Of a DNA stretch of 64,000 bases, positions 39,095 through 51,616 are shown in pieces. Every line of letters begins with the position of its first letter. Within the stretch, counting starts at the first letter, position 1. The DNA lies in assembly GCA_002189035.1 (NCBI GenBank), contig NEEC01000002.1, positions 6,138,001-6,202,000 of the forward strand. The letters are read 5' to 3'. The notes below the pieces were generated by a model, which saw only the letters and a list, made by a program, of their open reading frames with translations, had not been told where the DNA came from and ran no database searches. A program made the translations under genes and the position numbers. The DNA comes from Utricularia gibba. Lineage: Eukaryota > Plantae > Magnoliophyta.

Positions 39095-41458
39095 ATGGGA
39101 CTGGATTCGGATTGTACGGATTACGGAAGTGATTTTCCTCCCGGATTCAGATTTCATCCCACGGATGAAGAACTCGTGGGCTACTACCTGAAGAGGAAGG
39201 TCTGCCGTAAACGCCACCATAGGGATGTGATCGGAGAGACTGATGTGTACAAGTGTGACCCTGAGGAGTTGCCTGGTGGGTTTTCTTACTCTTCTGTGAA
39301 CGTTGACTTGTCCCCTCGATCTTTGTTTCCATGGTTTGCTTTTCTTCTCTGTATGTAAAGATCTTACTGTATTTGTTGATCGGTGCTTTGTTTGAGTTTG
39401 ATTATACTTCTCTGGTAAGTGTGAACGCACCGGATCATATTATTTGGCTGCTTCCTGTTTCTGTGCATTTTCTAAAAGTGGCGCTTGATGTTTACTTTGG
39501 GTTTTCTCACTCTCTCGAACAATAAGAAATAACTGGAAGAAGCCCTGTTCGGTAAGGATTGATTATGAGCATCATAGCATGGGCGGCATATCTGCCATGT
39601 TTGCTCTCTAGTTGTCGCTTCAACGTTTTCTTAATCCGTGAAGACGCTGCCCTAAAAGGAAGAGATTTTGATTCCTTTCTGTTCATTGATTGCTTACCAC
39701 ATGTTCACTTTACTTCTTGCAGCGATGTCCAAGCTTAGAACTGGGGACCGGCAGTGGTTCTTTTTCAGTCCTAGAGATAGAAAGTACCCTAATGGAGCAA
39801 GGTCTAATCGAGCTACAAGTCACGGCTATTGGAAAGCAACAGGGAAAGATCGAATCATTTCTTGTGGTTCCCGAGCCGCTGGGAGTAAGAAAACGTTGGT
39901 ATTCTACAGAGGCCGTGCACCAAGAGGAGAGCGCACTGACTGGGTCATGCATGAGTACACCATGGATTATGAGGAGCTCAAACGATGTGCAGGTGCAACA
40001 GAATACTACGCATTGTACAAGGTCTTCAAGAAAAGTGGCCCTGGTCCCAAAAATGGTGAACAATACGGTGCTCCTTTCCGGGAAGAGGATTGGGATAAAG
40101 AAGATCTGGAGGTTCAGCCTTTCTTTTTTGGGGAGAATCCTGTAACGAAGAGTGCTGATGACACCATGCCTATCAACGAAAGCATGCCTGAAAATGAGCC
40201 GATCGAAACTCTCAGACATCCACAATTTGATGATGGCAACACACTTGGGCAGCCAGTTGCTGAGCAGGGAACCGAGTCTAAGCACTCTGCAAGCGACGTG
40301 CCGGCACCAGTTCCCACACTTTTATCCCGAGAATTGATGTACCAGATAGTAACTTCGGGCAGGCAGGCATGACTGGTGTGCATTTACACGAAGCCGCTGA
40401 AGTTTCTCCTGCACCTCTTCATCATGATTTAGATACCGGTCTCACGGAGGAAATTTTTGGAGATTTTCTGGAGATGGATGACCTGCTAGGTCCCTGTCCA
40501 GCTACTGAAAACCCCGGCCAACCCTATGGGGAGCTTCTGTTGGATGAACTGGATGGCTTAAATGAGTTTGATTTTCAGGATACTTCTTCGTTCCTTTTTG
40601 ATGGTGGGATCAGTCAATCGGGGCAGATTCCTGAAACTTTCTCTGGTTGCTTTGGCTACGATATGAGCACGATGAGCACTCTCTCAACCTCAACTCACCA
40701 TTTCCAGCAGCAATCTGCGAATGTGAGTGAGTTCATATACACGGAAGGACAGAGTTTCTGTATACAGGGTGCGGAATCTGGCCAGGAAAACGTTCCTTCG
40801 TCAAATCCAGGTACTCCAACAGAGAGAATACTTGCAGATACAATTTCTTTTAAGATTTGAAAGGAATAACTTGATTCCCTTCACTTCCATTGCATCTTCA
40901 TTTTGTGTGACTGATACCATGAGCTGTTGGTCAGATGAGATGGTATGGCAAGGCCACCATGTCATCTTCCAGGAGGCGAAAACTCTGTAGCCCTAGTGGA
41001 AATGGGGGAGTTTGAGCCAAGAATGGTGTTTGGCATGGCCTACCGTCATACTTATAGCTACTAAATGAGTTTTCATATTCTTAGGTTTCCCAAATCAAAC
41101 CCTTGATCGTGTTAACCGCCGCCGTGCCACCGGAGCCGACGAAAACAGAATCAACCGGCAGTATGTTGATGGTAATGACTCGCGGTTCTCCTCTGTAATC
41201 TGGTCATATATGGAGTCTATACCTACCACCCCTGCTTCGGCCTCCGAAAGCCCATTTGCGAACCGGACATTAGGGCGTATGTCCAGTTTCCGTAGGCTGA
41301 GAATGAGCTCCAGAGACAAGAACGATGTATCAGGTAACAATGTGTCACCAGGCAATTACAGAACTAATTGTCTTATGTTCCTTGTGTCTCTAGTCGGAGT
41401 CTTCTGTGCTGTAGTATGGATGCTTGTCAGAACCTCCGTGAGGTTAGTGAGTCGATGA
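39095..41458 (+). CDS. Membrane-tethered NAC transcription factor (ANAC016/017-like), frameshifted as assembled
   Basis: [22 protein letters not shown] and [14 protein letters not shown], then [22 protein letters not shown] and a C-terminal TM helix. Exons 39095-39275, 39723-40810 and 41085-41458, with a -1 frame break between 40282 and 40372. Confidence 0.9.
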
Positions 41459-41654
41459 TGCATGTTTGTGTTAGGTTTTCAAGTTCTTCTCCGGTGACTC
41501 GCCGGAGTTTCAGCTGAAGCAGATGTCTGTAGCCACATTCTTGTGTAGTAAACAAACGTTATATTTGGCAAAGTCTCTTCCGGTTGTGTTATTACATTTT
41601 ACAGGTATTTACATGCAAACAGAGATCTGGATGACGGAACCAGAAGCATATATG

Positions 41655-42202
41655 TTAAGCGATCTCTAGATAGCGAACGTTCCTCTGCTGCTGTTCCTTT
41701 TTTGGCACCTCCACCGTCAACACCCCATGCTCCAACGCACATCTTATATCTTGCACCTGCGCATCCTCCGGCAGCCGGAAACGGCGGAGAAAGGTCCCGC
41801 GGTGGCGCTCCACCCGGTGCCAGAAGTCTTGATCCTCCTCCATCTCCGACACTCGCTCTCCGCTGATCTGTAGGACGTTGTCATCCTCCACCTGCACCTT
41901 CAAATCCTCCTTCCTGACTCCTGCAGCGACACCCTCCAAAACTAAATCACGGAAACGAGTCGAGGGTTCGAAACTTTTGTCTGTTGGTTACCGGGAAGAT
42001 CGACGGAGAAAATATGAGATCTCTCAGTCTCGCGCCAGTCGACGCGGGCGTGAGAAAAGGCGGAGATTTCACCGCTGACATCGCGACCTCGCCGGCCTCC
42101 GCCGTAGTCCCAAGGATCCCACACACCGGCGCGGAAGCCTGGATCCCAGACGCCTCCCCCTCCTACTCCGCCGCCTCCGAACCAGGGGCCAAGAGAAGAC
42201 AT
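41655..42202 (-). CDS. Small heat shock protein (HSP20, class I-like) with one intron
   Basis: ARVDWRETERSHIFSVDLPG|VRKEDLKVQVEDDNVLQISGER...WHRVER...FLRRFRLP...GVLTVEVPK, with a 71-nt intron at 41991-41921. Confidence 0.92.
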
Positions 42203-42261
42203 TTTGTGTCTTCCTCGAGTTTTCGAGTTCTTGTAGAATTTACAGCCGAACTCGTCTGAAG

Positions 42262-42299
42262 GCCACGTGACCGTCCAAAAGTACAACCTGTGCCACGTG
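42262..42299 (-). promoter_or_regulatory. Pair of ABRE/G-box elements upstream of the small HSP
   Basis: CACGTGGC on the minus strand at 42262-42269 and 42292-42299. Confidence 0.5.
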
Positions 42300-42722
42300 T
42301 ACAACACAGTATATCCAATTTGATCACACTCCCCAATCTCATACCTATCCCCTCTTTAGTTAAATAATTAAAAATATCTTATTTAATTACACAATTGATT
42401 TCTTCAATATCTCGAATAAAATTAAACCAATAATTTTTTTTATCTTAAATATTTTTATTTTTCATTATTTTAATATCATATAAAATTGATTTCAATATTT
42501 AAAAATAAGATATATTTTAGCTACAAAATTTGCTCTGCAAAAGACAGTAAACAACAGTAAAAAAAATGAAATTAAAAGAAAAATTAGAGTTTGATAATTA
42601 AATTTTTTTTATAAAAAATAATAAAATTGATTTTACCTAATTTTAAAATATTGAAAATTAGTTTTATAATTTTTAAACAATAGAGATAATGATGGAAATT
42701 ATACAAGTGGTATGGGATCCAA

Positions 42723-43513
42723 CTACATGATAGAACAAGAGTTTGGATTCTCGTCGCTGAACATGTGAAACACCTTTTCTTCCAGCGGGTCGTAGCTCAA
42801 CCGGGCCGGATCATTCGCGGCCCGGACGGAATTCGGCGGCGCCTCCACGTCGTAAACTCCGGCGACGTAAGGGTAGGGGACGGTGGTGTGGGGAACGTAT
42901 GGCCAGGGCTCGGCTCTCTTCCTGATCGACTTGATCGCCTTCATCACTTCCTGCTCCTCTACATACCCATAAACAGTCACCTTCTGGTACTCCATGTCCA
43001 CCTCCACTCTCCTCACCCCTACCATCATTACAGAAACAATTTCAAGTCGCGCATTAGAATACACACCAGAACAACATCAATCATATATATTAGAACAACC
43101 AATCTTACATTAAGAAATGAAAATGAAATAAAGTATATAATATATTATGTATCACTAGTAATTAATTAGAAAATTATAAATTATTAATAATCGATTGAAA
43201 CTAATTTTTTTAATATGATACATGTTTTTTATGGAATTAGATTTCATTATCACTAGTTTCAATCCATTGGATTCTGAATTTTAACACTATGATACTAAAC
43301 TCTACGTCACATACAAATACGATGAAAAGATGAGGCTGGTTTAGCAGTGAACCCTCCTCCTCACGTACCTCGGAGTTTGGAGAGAGCTTTCTTGACTTTA
43401 CGGACACACCCTTTGCAGTCCATTCGAACTCTGAGAGTAACCGTCGTCTCCACTCTCTTCTTCTTCTTCTCCCCGGCGATCCAGTGCACGATTGCCGCCG
43501 TGGAAACCCCCAT
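42723..43513 (-). CDS. Heavy-metal-associated isoprenylated plant protein (HIPP)
   Basis: Exons 43513-43369 and 43018-42723. HMA motif MDCKGC, then KVTVYGYV, AEPWPYVP, and a C-terminal FSDENPNSCSIM CaaX box. Confidence 0.92.
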
Positions 43514-43907
43514 CTCTCTCTTCTCTTGCAAAGTCTGTGTTTTCCCAGATCTGGAGAGGGAAGCTAGGAGGCGGCAATGCCTTTTTATGAGGTGTTGTTG
43601 AAGCTCGTAGGCATCCCGGTTGCATGCAGAGTTTTGGGCGTTGCAGCAAAGGGCTGGCTGCCTGGGTGGTTGCCATTTTTATATGGGAAGGTAGGCAGGC
43701 CTGATTAGGGCATGATGGTGATGCAAACAGTTTTTTTTTAGCTTCATTTGATCAACACGAGGAATCAAGAAAAGGCAATTTGCCATCTTACATTAACAGC
43801 AATGAGATATCAAGTTTAAACTCTCTTTTTTATATATATTTTCAAATATTGTAACTTTATTCTGAATAAAAAATATATAAAATATGCAATATTCCATGGA
43901 TAGAGAT

Positions 43908-44092
43908 AGAGCTGATTACTAGGATTAACATAATCGAAACCGAATTCGATTCCAAATTAACTGATTTCTAAAAAAATTAATAAAAACGAAAATACATAAA
44001 TTTATTTGATTATTTACAAATAATTAATTTGATTAATAACCAAACTAATCGATAACGGAAACCGAACCGAAAGTTTCGATTCGGTTAATAAG
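43908..44092. mobile_element. Possible hAT-type MITE remnant
   Basis: Starts TAGAGCTG and contains AATCGAAACCGAA and AAACCGAACCGAA subterminal-like repeats. No clear TSD. Confidence 0.22.
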
Positions 44093-44109
44093 TATTTAGA
44101 TATTATAAA

Positions 44110-44197
44110 TGGGCCTTGGTGATTCTTAGACAGATGTCCATTTATCCAGCCCATTTGAGTTTTATAATGCGGCCCGATAAAATAAAGAAACCCTAGC
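44110..44197 (+). promoter_or_regulatory. Site II/telo-box promoter module of RPL30
   Basis: TGGGCC (about 44110), AGCCCA (about 44148), GGCCCG (about 44171) and AAACCCTAG (about 44188). Confidence 0.6.
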
Positions 44198-44267
44198 AAT
44201 CTGCACGGCTTCTGCTTCGCCGTCTCGCCCATTGCTGAGGAGGATCGCTGCTTACCTGCTGCCGACA

Positions 44268-45407
44268 ATGGTTGCCGCCGGGAAGAAGACGGTATCGTTA
44301 TATGAACCTAATGTTTTTTTTTTTTTAATGTATTTGCGATGGCGAAGAAACTGACTAGAAACGCGAAATCGGGAAACTGCAGAAGAAGACTCATGAGAGT
44401 ATCAACAGCCGATTGGCCCTTGTGATGAAGAGTGGGAAATACACTCTTGGTTACAAGACGGTTCTCAAGTCTATTAGGAATTCTAAAGGTTTGGCGCTCA
44501 GAATTTTTACTCTGTTGTCATCTTTTTCTGTTCTGAATAGGCTTTTTGTTTTATTTAAAGGTAAGCTGATTTTGATATCTAACAACTGCCCACCCTGCGG
44601 AAGTCCGAAATTGAGTACTACGCCATGCTTGCAAAGGTCGGAGTTCATCATTATAATGGAAGTAAGTTGATTTTTTCTACACTTTTCCTCTGCCCCACGC
44701 TTTCTTATTCGCACCATGTTCTGTATTTTGATTTTTTTCACAAGTATCTGCAAATTTCTTGTAGATGCTGTATTTTGATGCCTGCAATATTCCTTTTATT
44801 GTTATCTCGTATTCTGGTTATGCAGCCTGTTCATTTTCACATTTTTGTTACTCATGTGCCTTTATAGCTGCGATGCCTAGAGCCTATTCTGTTAATAGGG
44901 TTTACCAATTCTGTATTGCTTTCCCTCATCTCCTTGTTACAATGGTCATTGGAATGTTTCAGTTTTATGTTGCATGATGCTTCATAAGCCTTCTCCCATT
45001 ATGATCACTTCGTACACCCTGTTCTCGTTATGGGGTCGATTTATTTTCATCCCGTTTTCTGTTATGCGAATTCATATCTTGGTGGTGACTGGTTTTCATA
45101 TGCTTGGTCTAAGTGATCCATTTTAGCAACTCCCTGTTCTGTAGCTTCGCTCACATTGCAGTATTCTCAATAATCACATGTGGTTTGTGTTCTCTCTCTC
45201 ACCAGACAACGTAGACCTCGGAACTGCTTGTGGCAAGTACTACCGGGTCTCATGCCTCAGCATCATCGATCCAGGTTCCACTACATATTGATTACTTACT
45301 CAGACAACCAAACAACCTGGAAATGTACTCCCCCCTTCACACCTTCTGCGTCCGTGTAAATTGCAGGCGATTCCGACATCATCAAATCTCTTCCCGGAGA
45401 TCAGTGA
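44268..45407 (+). CDS. RPL30: 60S ribosomal protein L30 (eL30), frameshifted as assembled
   Basis: Exons 44268-44291, 44383-44488, 44561-44661, 45206-45274 and 45367-45407 give [21 protein letters not shown] and NNCPP[L][13 protein letters not shown]. One C is missing at 44593-44595. Confidence 0.92.
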
Positions 45408-48164
45408 AGCATCACCACCTCACTCGGGAACCCCTTGTACGGTTTGCTCTCTAGATGTTTATGATTTAAACTTCAAGCTTCATGAGCAGTTGCTTGGATC
45501 TTTCATGTTACTCATGACTTCTTAGCAAGTAACTTTTAACTCACGAGGGTTTACCTCAATACTTATCCCACTTTTGAGTTTGAGCAAGTTGCATTCCCGT
45601 TTGAACTTTTTAAAATAAATCTATTTAAATGTTTTCCGAGAAAAAAAAAATCAGTAAAGTGGTTAGTTCATGGAAGTTGATCATGATTAAGTTACGAATT
45701 GGGTACATGGTTCAAAGGTCCATTTGCGACATGGGCTGACCCGACAATAATCACAACTCTACAATTTGAATAAGAATAATTACAAATAATTTTCGTACCC
45801 TAAATCCAATAAATATTTGTGGTTAGTATGTTTTGAAAGGATTACATTTGATGGCATCTCAGCATCACATTAATGCAAAATAACACATCACATCAACTTG
45901 ACTTGGGTGGTTTAAATATGAGTGATTTTCTCGACCTTCCAAAACACACCTAAAAAAATAGGAGACGAACACAAGGTTGTGAACATAGTGCAAAACAAGG
46001 TTAGACATTGAAAAGTATTTTAAAAACATGGTTTACTCAAAGTCTTGCATTTAAATAGTTATTTTTAATTTTTTTAAAAATAATAGGGGGGAAATTTAGA
46101 GTAGAATAATCGAGATCTTTAAATGGAAGTTGAATCTTGGCCTATCATTTGGTTTAATGAGCCAAGGTGTAGACTGATTGCTCAAATCGGAAGGCCCAAT
46201 GATGTGACATAATGATATCATGAACAATGAATGGGCCCCATTCGTGTAATAAAATGGGCCCATCAATGGCATTTCCTGGCCCAGTTTTCCAGCATTTTCA
46301 TAGAAATCATTGGGTGTGACGGACGCAAAGTGTTCACTCTTTTGACCTCTCATTTTATTTTTGAATATTAATTGTATTATCTGTGTTTCTTTATTTACGA
46401 ATAATAAATCCAAAATAAAGATTCTCCTCTCAAATTTTCATATGCATATGTGCTTGATTCATGAGACTAACAATGTTTAGTAAAAAGCTCATTTGTGGCA
46501 AATTTCAATTTATTCGTTATTAAATATAAAGTGATATTAATTTATATCAAAATAAAAAATTGAAAAACATAAATATGTTTTATATAAATTTTTATTTAAA
46601 AAATAATAGTGATCAAAGTATTTTTTTTATTACACCTCCGGAATTTAATTCTTTAAATGTAATTTAACAAATTTTTTAATTGACTCTATGAAATAAACAC
46701 TCTTCAAATCTCAAGGATAATTTATCACCTTTTTAATGTAAAACATAATATTTTCACTACCAAGGGACAACTCAATTATCCCCTCCTTCACATTGGTAAT
46801 TTTAATTGAGATATTAAAATATTTCTAAAATTATTATAATATTTTTTAATTCTCTATCATATATATTGATCACATAACCATCAGGTGAAAATATCATACT
46901 CTCAATTCAAATTAGTTTAACACTTAATAAGCTTTAACGAGAAACAATACTTCGATCCACCAATTAAATTTGAACTCTAAAAACCTGTAAATGTCGTAAT
47001 TTAATAACTTCGTAAATTGAATATGACATCCCATAAATAATATCTCTTAAATCACTCATGACTTTCATGATATTCAATTCACTAATTTTGCAATGAATGA
47101 AAAATATGCCCCCATCCTTACACTTTATTGATAGCATTTGAGCTACTAGTGTTTTAAATACTTCTTATATTTTTGGCACCACAACAATTATTTAAGAGAG
47201 TTAAATTAAACTTAGCATTACTAAGACTTTTAATACATTCTCTTTTTCATATTCCTTTTCTCTTGAATTCAAGCTACTTGAGAGATGGTTGAGTCAACTT
47301 TACTTTAATAGATTTATAATGAACCTCAACTTCTTCATCATGTTAGAGGATAATATTACATTTATACCCTCAATCTCTCTTAGTCTCATATTGGATTCAT
47401 TTGTTTTCAGATTTCTCCTTTTCATTTCACAATGTCATAGCGCTATAATTTAATCTTTCATCAAAATGTGTATCTCTTCAATGTTCACTTCTATTTTTCA
47501 TAACAATAATTAATAATATAAAATAGTTCACCTAGGGCATAAAAAGCTTGGGTGACGTCACCTCTAGGGGGTTCACAATGTGATGAAATAAATTGATATA
47601 TTTTGCATAGCTTACTATTTTGGTATAGACACACCTCCTTAGGAATTAGATTAAAATAATCGATAATTTTTTAATTCTTGTTTTTTTAGCACTCTTTTTT
47701 TTCAAAGGTTTGCACTTTGTGTTTTTTTTGGGAGTTTTTATACTAAAAAATGGGGTTTTGTTTTGATAAAAATTATTTTTGGAAATTGCACAACGCACCT
47801 CATCATTTCAGTTTATTATTTTTTTTGGATATGTAGAGAACAAAAATAGAAACGTTTCATTTGACTTTTAAAGAGTTGAAAAGTGCGAGGAGTTGCGAGT
47901 ACAGTTTTTACATTAAATTATTACAAATTTTATTCGTTATGATTGTGGATGACGTGTCGACCAACTACTCGCTCCCGAAATTGCAAAATGAGGGGCTTAT
48001 AGTTTTCCGTAATTATGGATCACATTGTTCTGAAATTGCAAACGGGCCTCGAATATTATAAGTAATTCTAGAAATGCCCCATGAACTTGAGGTGGAGACC
48101 GCAATCAATGCCATGTACTGTTCCCACAGAAGAAATCCGGACATCACCGCCGACGGGGCGGAAT

Positions 48165-48606
48165 CTACACGGCTCTGACAGTCTCTCCGGCGCTGGAAAT
48201 ATTTTCTCCGGTGGACGATCCATCGGCGGCGTTAGAGAGTAGGGAAAACTTAGCCTTTCTCTCATCCTGATTCATCTGCAGCTGCCTACACTCCAGACTG
48301 CAGAACGCGGTATCTCCTCTGAAAACACAAATACCAAGAATCGAGGTGTAACCGATCTCGCTTAGAAAGGACGTGCTGGATTCTGTACCTGTACCTGTAC
48401 ATGTATATGTCGTGGCCGGGGATGAGGCCGCGGTGGCAGAGAGAGCAGACGCTCAGGAAATGAGGAGAAGCAGGAGGTGAGCCGGCGGGGACGCGGCGGT
48501 GAGGCCTCGCTGTGACCGCGTTACCATGATCGCCGGAGAGATCTAAGGCGAACTCCTTCATGCTCGCCGTCCGCTTGATCGGCGGCCGTGGTCGCTTTCC
48601 CCGCAT
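48165..48606 (-). CDS. FCS-like zinc finger (FLZ/DUF581) protein
   Basis: MRGKRPRPPIKRTASM..., FLSVCSLCHRGLIPGHDIYMYR|GDTAFCSLECRQLQM, with intron 48394-48319. Confidence 0.93.
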
Positions 48607-51600
48607 CTCTTCTCTTCTTACACTCAACGCCTACAACACCTCTGTAGTCTCCCACCTCCATATATCTTCTGAAAATAATTAGAATTGCACCCTAACTTCC
48701 ACGAAATTACACTTTCCCCCCAATTTCTTTTTACTTGACTACTCACATATAATAGACAATTTTAATAAATTAAAACCTTTAAAAAGAAGAAATATTCTTA
48801 ATTAAATTTTTTTAAAATAAAAATCGTTCGTATTTGATTATAAAAATTGTAATTTTGAAGTTTTATACTTTTACATCAAGAGAAATGTTTTCAAGATTAT
48901 CACAAAACAAAATTTCATTCAAAATTTTAATTTTAGATCTATTAAACTAATATTTTACGGTATCATTTAGAAAATTGGACATTGTCATATTCAATCAAAA
49001 ATTTTAATTAAGGATATCCAATTTTATCACCTACTAAAAATGGAATGGTTAAATTTGTAATACATCCTATTTTAAGGGGTTTTAACTCTAAAATTTTATT
49101 TTTTCGACTTGCCGAATGAATGTTAAATTCTTTGGAATCTCAAACAAACTAGAGGACTTTTGCCTAAATCATCATTTTTATTTTCTATTATAATATTTAA
49201 TCGATTTATTACATTTTTGCATAAATTAATATTTTTAAAAAGTTTTTTGTCATTATCGAAATAATATGTGGACAGTGCCATGATGATCTCGCCTACCATT
49301 GGTCGCCTCCCCAAAGGTCGGTCCACTTGTCCTAGCTACAATTATTTGACATTCCTATTTTTTTAAAATGGAAAATTAGTTGTTTAACATTAATAATCCA
49401 AAAAGGGCATCTCTATTTTTAATATTATAAAAATCAATTTTTGTTTTTTTTTAAATATAAAAAGCTATTTTGAAGAGAGTGGAGGCCCAGCAACTGGGAA
49501 GGAACGACATGTGGGGCCATGCCGTATTATTGCTTGCGCCAAGCAACCTCATCAACCTGCTCTTCTCATCAATTATTTATTTGTTTATTTATTTTCACCA
49601 TAAATCCAATTCACCAACATTTGGAGTACTTGAGTATTTGATTTTATCCGTTTCAAATGGTTTAAACCGGTCAGTGAACCGGACCGAGCCATCCATAAAC
49701 CGGCCTACCAATATTACTATTTTTACTAGATAAACAAATTATTCCTACATCATATTTATCTTTTATGAAGTCTTTTCTTTAGAAGTGATAATATAAATCG
49801 TGAATATTGGTGTTTGAATCATATAATATCATACAATAAAAGAATGAATCATTAAATTTAATATCAGAAACCTAATATCAATTGTAGAATGAGGGGGTGT
49901 TGAGTATTTATAGGGTTGAAAATGTAAGGCCAAAGTCATTATGAAGTTATTCCACATTAGTTAAGGATGAGAGAGAAAATATGCTTAAATTAAGATATAT
50001 TACTAATCTTACACGAGGTATTTTACTCAAATATAAAAAAATGTAATATCATGAGAATTAAAAAATTTTCTTTCACTTCTCTATAGTTTAGGACTTGTTG
50101 GTTCGGTTCCTCTAAAATTAATTTTAATAAAAATTTGAGTGTGCAATTTTTTAGAATTTTTTATAATAAATTTTATTTAATATAAATAATTATTTAATGA
50201 CTTATCAACGAATTCTAATTAACTTGGTTTAATTGCATAGGTCCGTGAGTATTGGCCACGTCTGGTACACTGGTGTGGCCCATGACTTGGAATTGGGTCT
50301 TGGAAAGCCATAGGGTCCAGAAGGGTACAAATTTATTAATGTTTTTTTCATTGAAAAAGGAACTTTCTTTTTTTAATTGCAAGAATTGAAAAAAAAAATA
50401 CGAATAAAATAAAATTGTCGCTTTCCAGAAGCACGGCGGGCCCAAAGAAATTTAGAAATTATTAAAAGAAAAATTAGCGGGGTCCCACTCTAACCTAACC
50501 ACCAAAGTCTCCACTAGCTACCACGGTTAAACTAACTCCCGCCAGCCTGTCCAGGGACTTGCATCCACGGTGGACCCATCATGCCACGTGTAACGATAAT
50601 GGCCACGCATTCCGATGCTCGGGTATTTATTCTTTGGGTCCCACGGTGGGTTTCTGGGGATGTGGGTCCCTCCTCAATTTCCTCTTCCCGGTTTTTTCAC
50701 CCCTTTTTTTTGGTTCGTCCGTTGGTGTTATTCTTCTTATTAATTACGTCATATATAGATATATATAATCAGGTAATTTCCTAGAATAACACAATCATTG
50801 CCGTGTTTAGTACCCAATCAAATAGGGAAACATTTGAAAGTTTAGGATCAATTTGGAAAAACGCCGCTATCTTAACGGAATCTTTCCAGAACCGTACGCC
50901 GCTATTCATGGTTTTAGAAACGTGGAAATGGGTATCATAAATGGTAAAAATTAAACTCCGTATTCCGTATTTTTGTTTTTCAAAGTATAACAGGAAAATG
51001 CATAAATATAGAAGAAACCACATTTTAACGGCGTTTGGCTTCCGTTGGCGTGGGTCGAGCGAGCGAGCGCTCACTGGAATCTTTCTGACTCTATAAAAAT
51101 GGCGGCAGACGCTCACTCACCGTTTGCCGGCTCCGGTCAATGGTACCTGTTTTCTTCATCTTTCTGGAGCTTTCTCGGTAGTTTGATTCATCTTCGAACT
51201 GTTCCAAGCCCCTGATTTCGAGGAAGAAGCGGTAATTCACTGTTTTGTTTCCTGTTAGAAACTAGAGGGTAAAGTTTCCGAGTTTTTTAATTGATCTTTG
51301 ATTGTTTTGTGTTCTTTTCGGTGGATATTCATCCCACTGCAGTAAGTTTTGCTTTTAAGAATGTATAGTCTTTGTTTTTTGCTCCTATTGTTGTTGTTTG
51401 GCGACGTCGTTCGCATTGATTCCGGGTTTTGCATGTCGATGCTGTTTGTTGATGTTTTTTTAACGGAACAAATTGCGCTTGCTTGGTTCGAACGAACATT
51501 CTGTAGGAATTGCATGTGTGGTCGTACTGTGAGTGTAGATCACGCTGAAGTGTACCTGTTTTACACGATTTCGGTGTTGGATTAACAATTTCTTGTAGTG

Positions 51601-51616
51601 TTGCAGTTTGAAAGTG

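Noticed and set aside
39710-40285. 191-aa antisense ORF over the NAC gene (also the antisense ORFs over the mTERFs, GAPB, 5PTase and DUF936)
   Set aside because: Shadow ORFs expected opposite real coding sequence.
44248-44260. U1-like CTTACCTG in the RPL30 5'UTR as a yeast-style L30 autoregulatory pairing
   Set aside because: Poor complementarity to the actual donor (ACG|GTATC), and I could not build a kink-turn.
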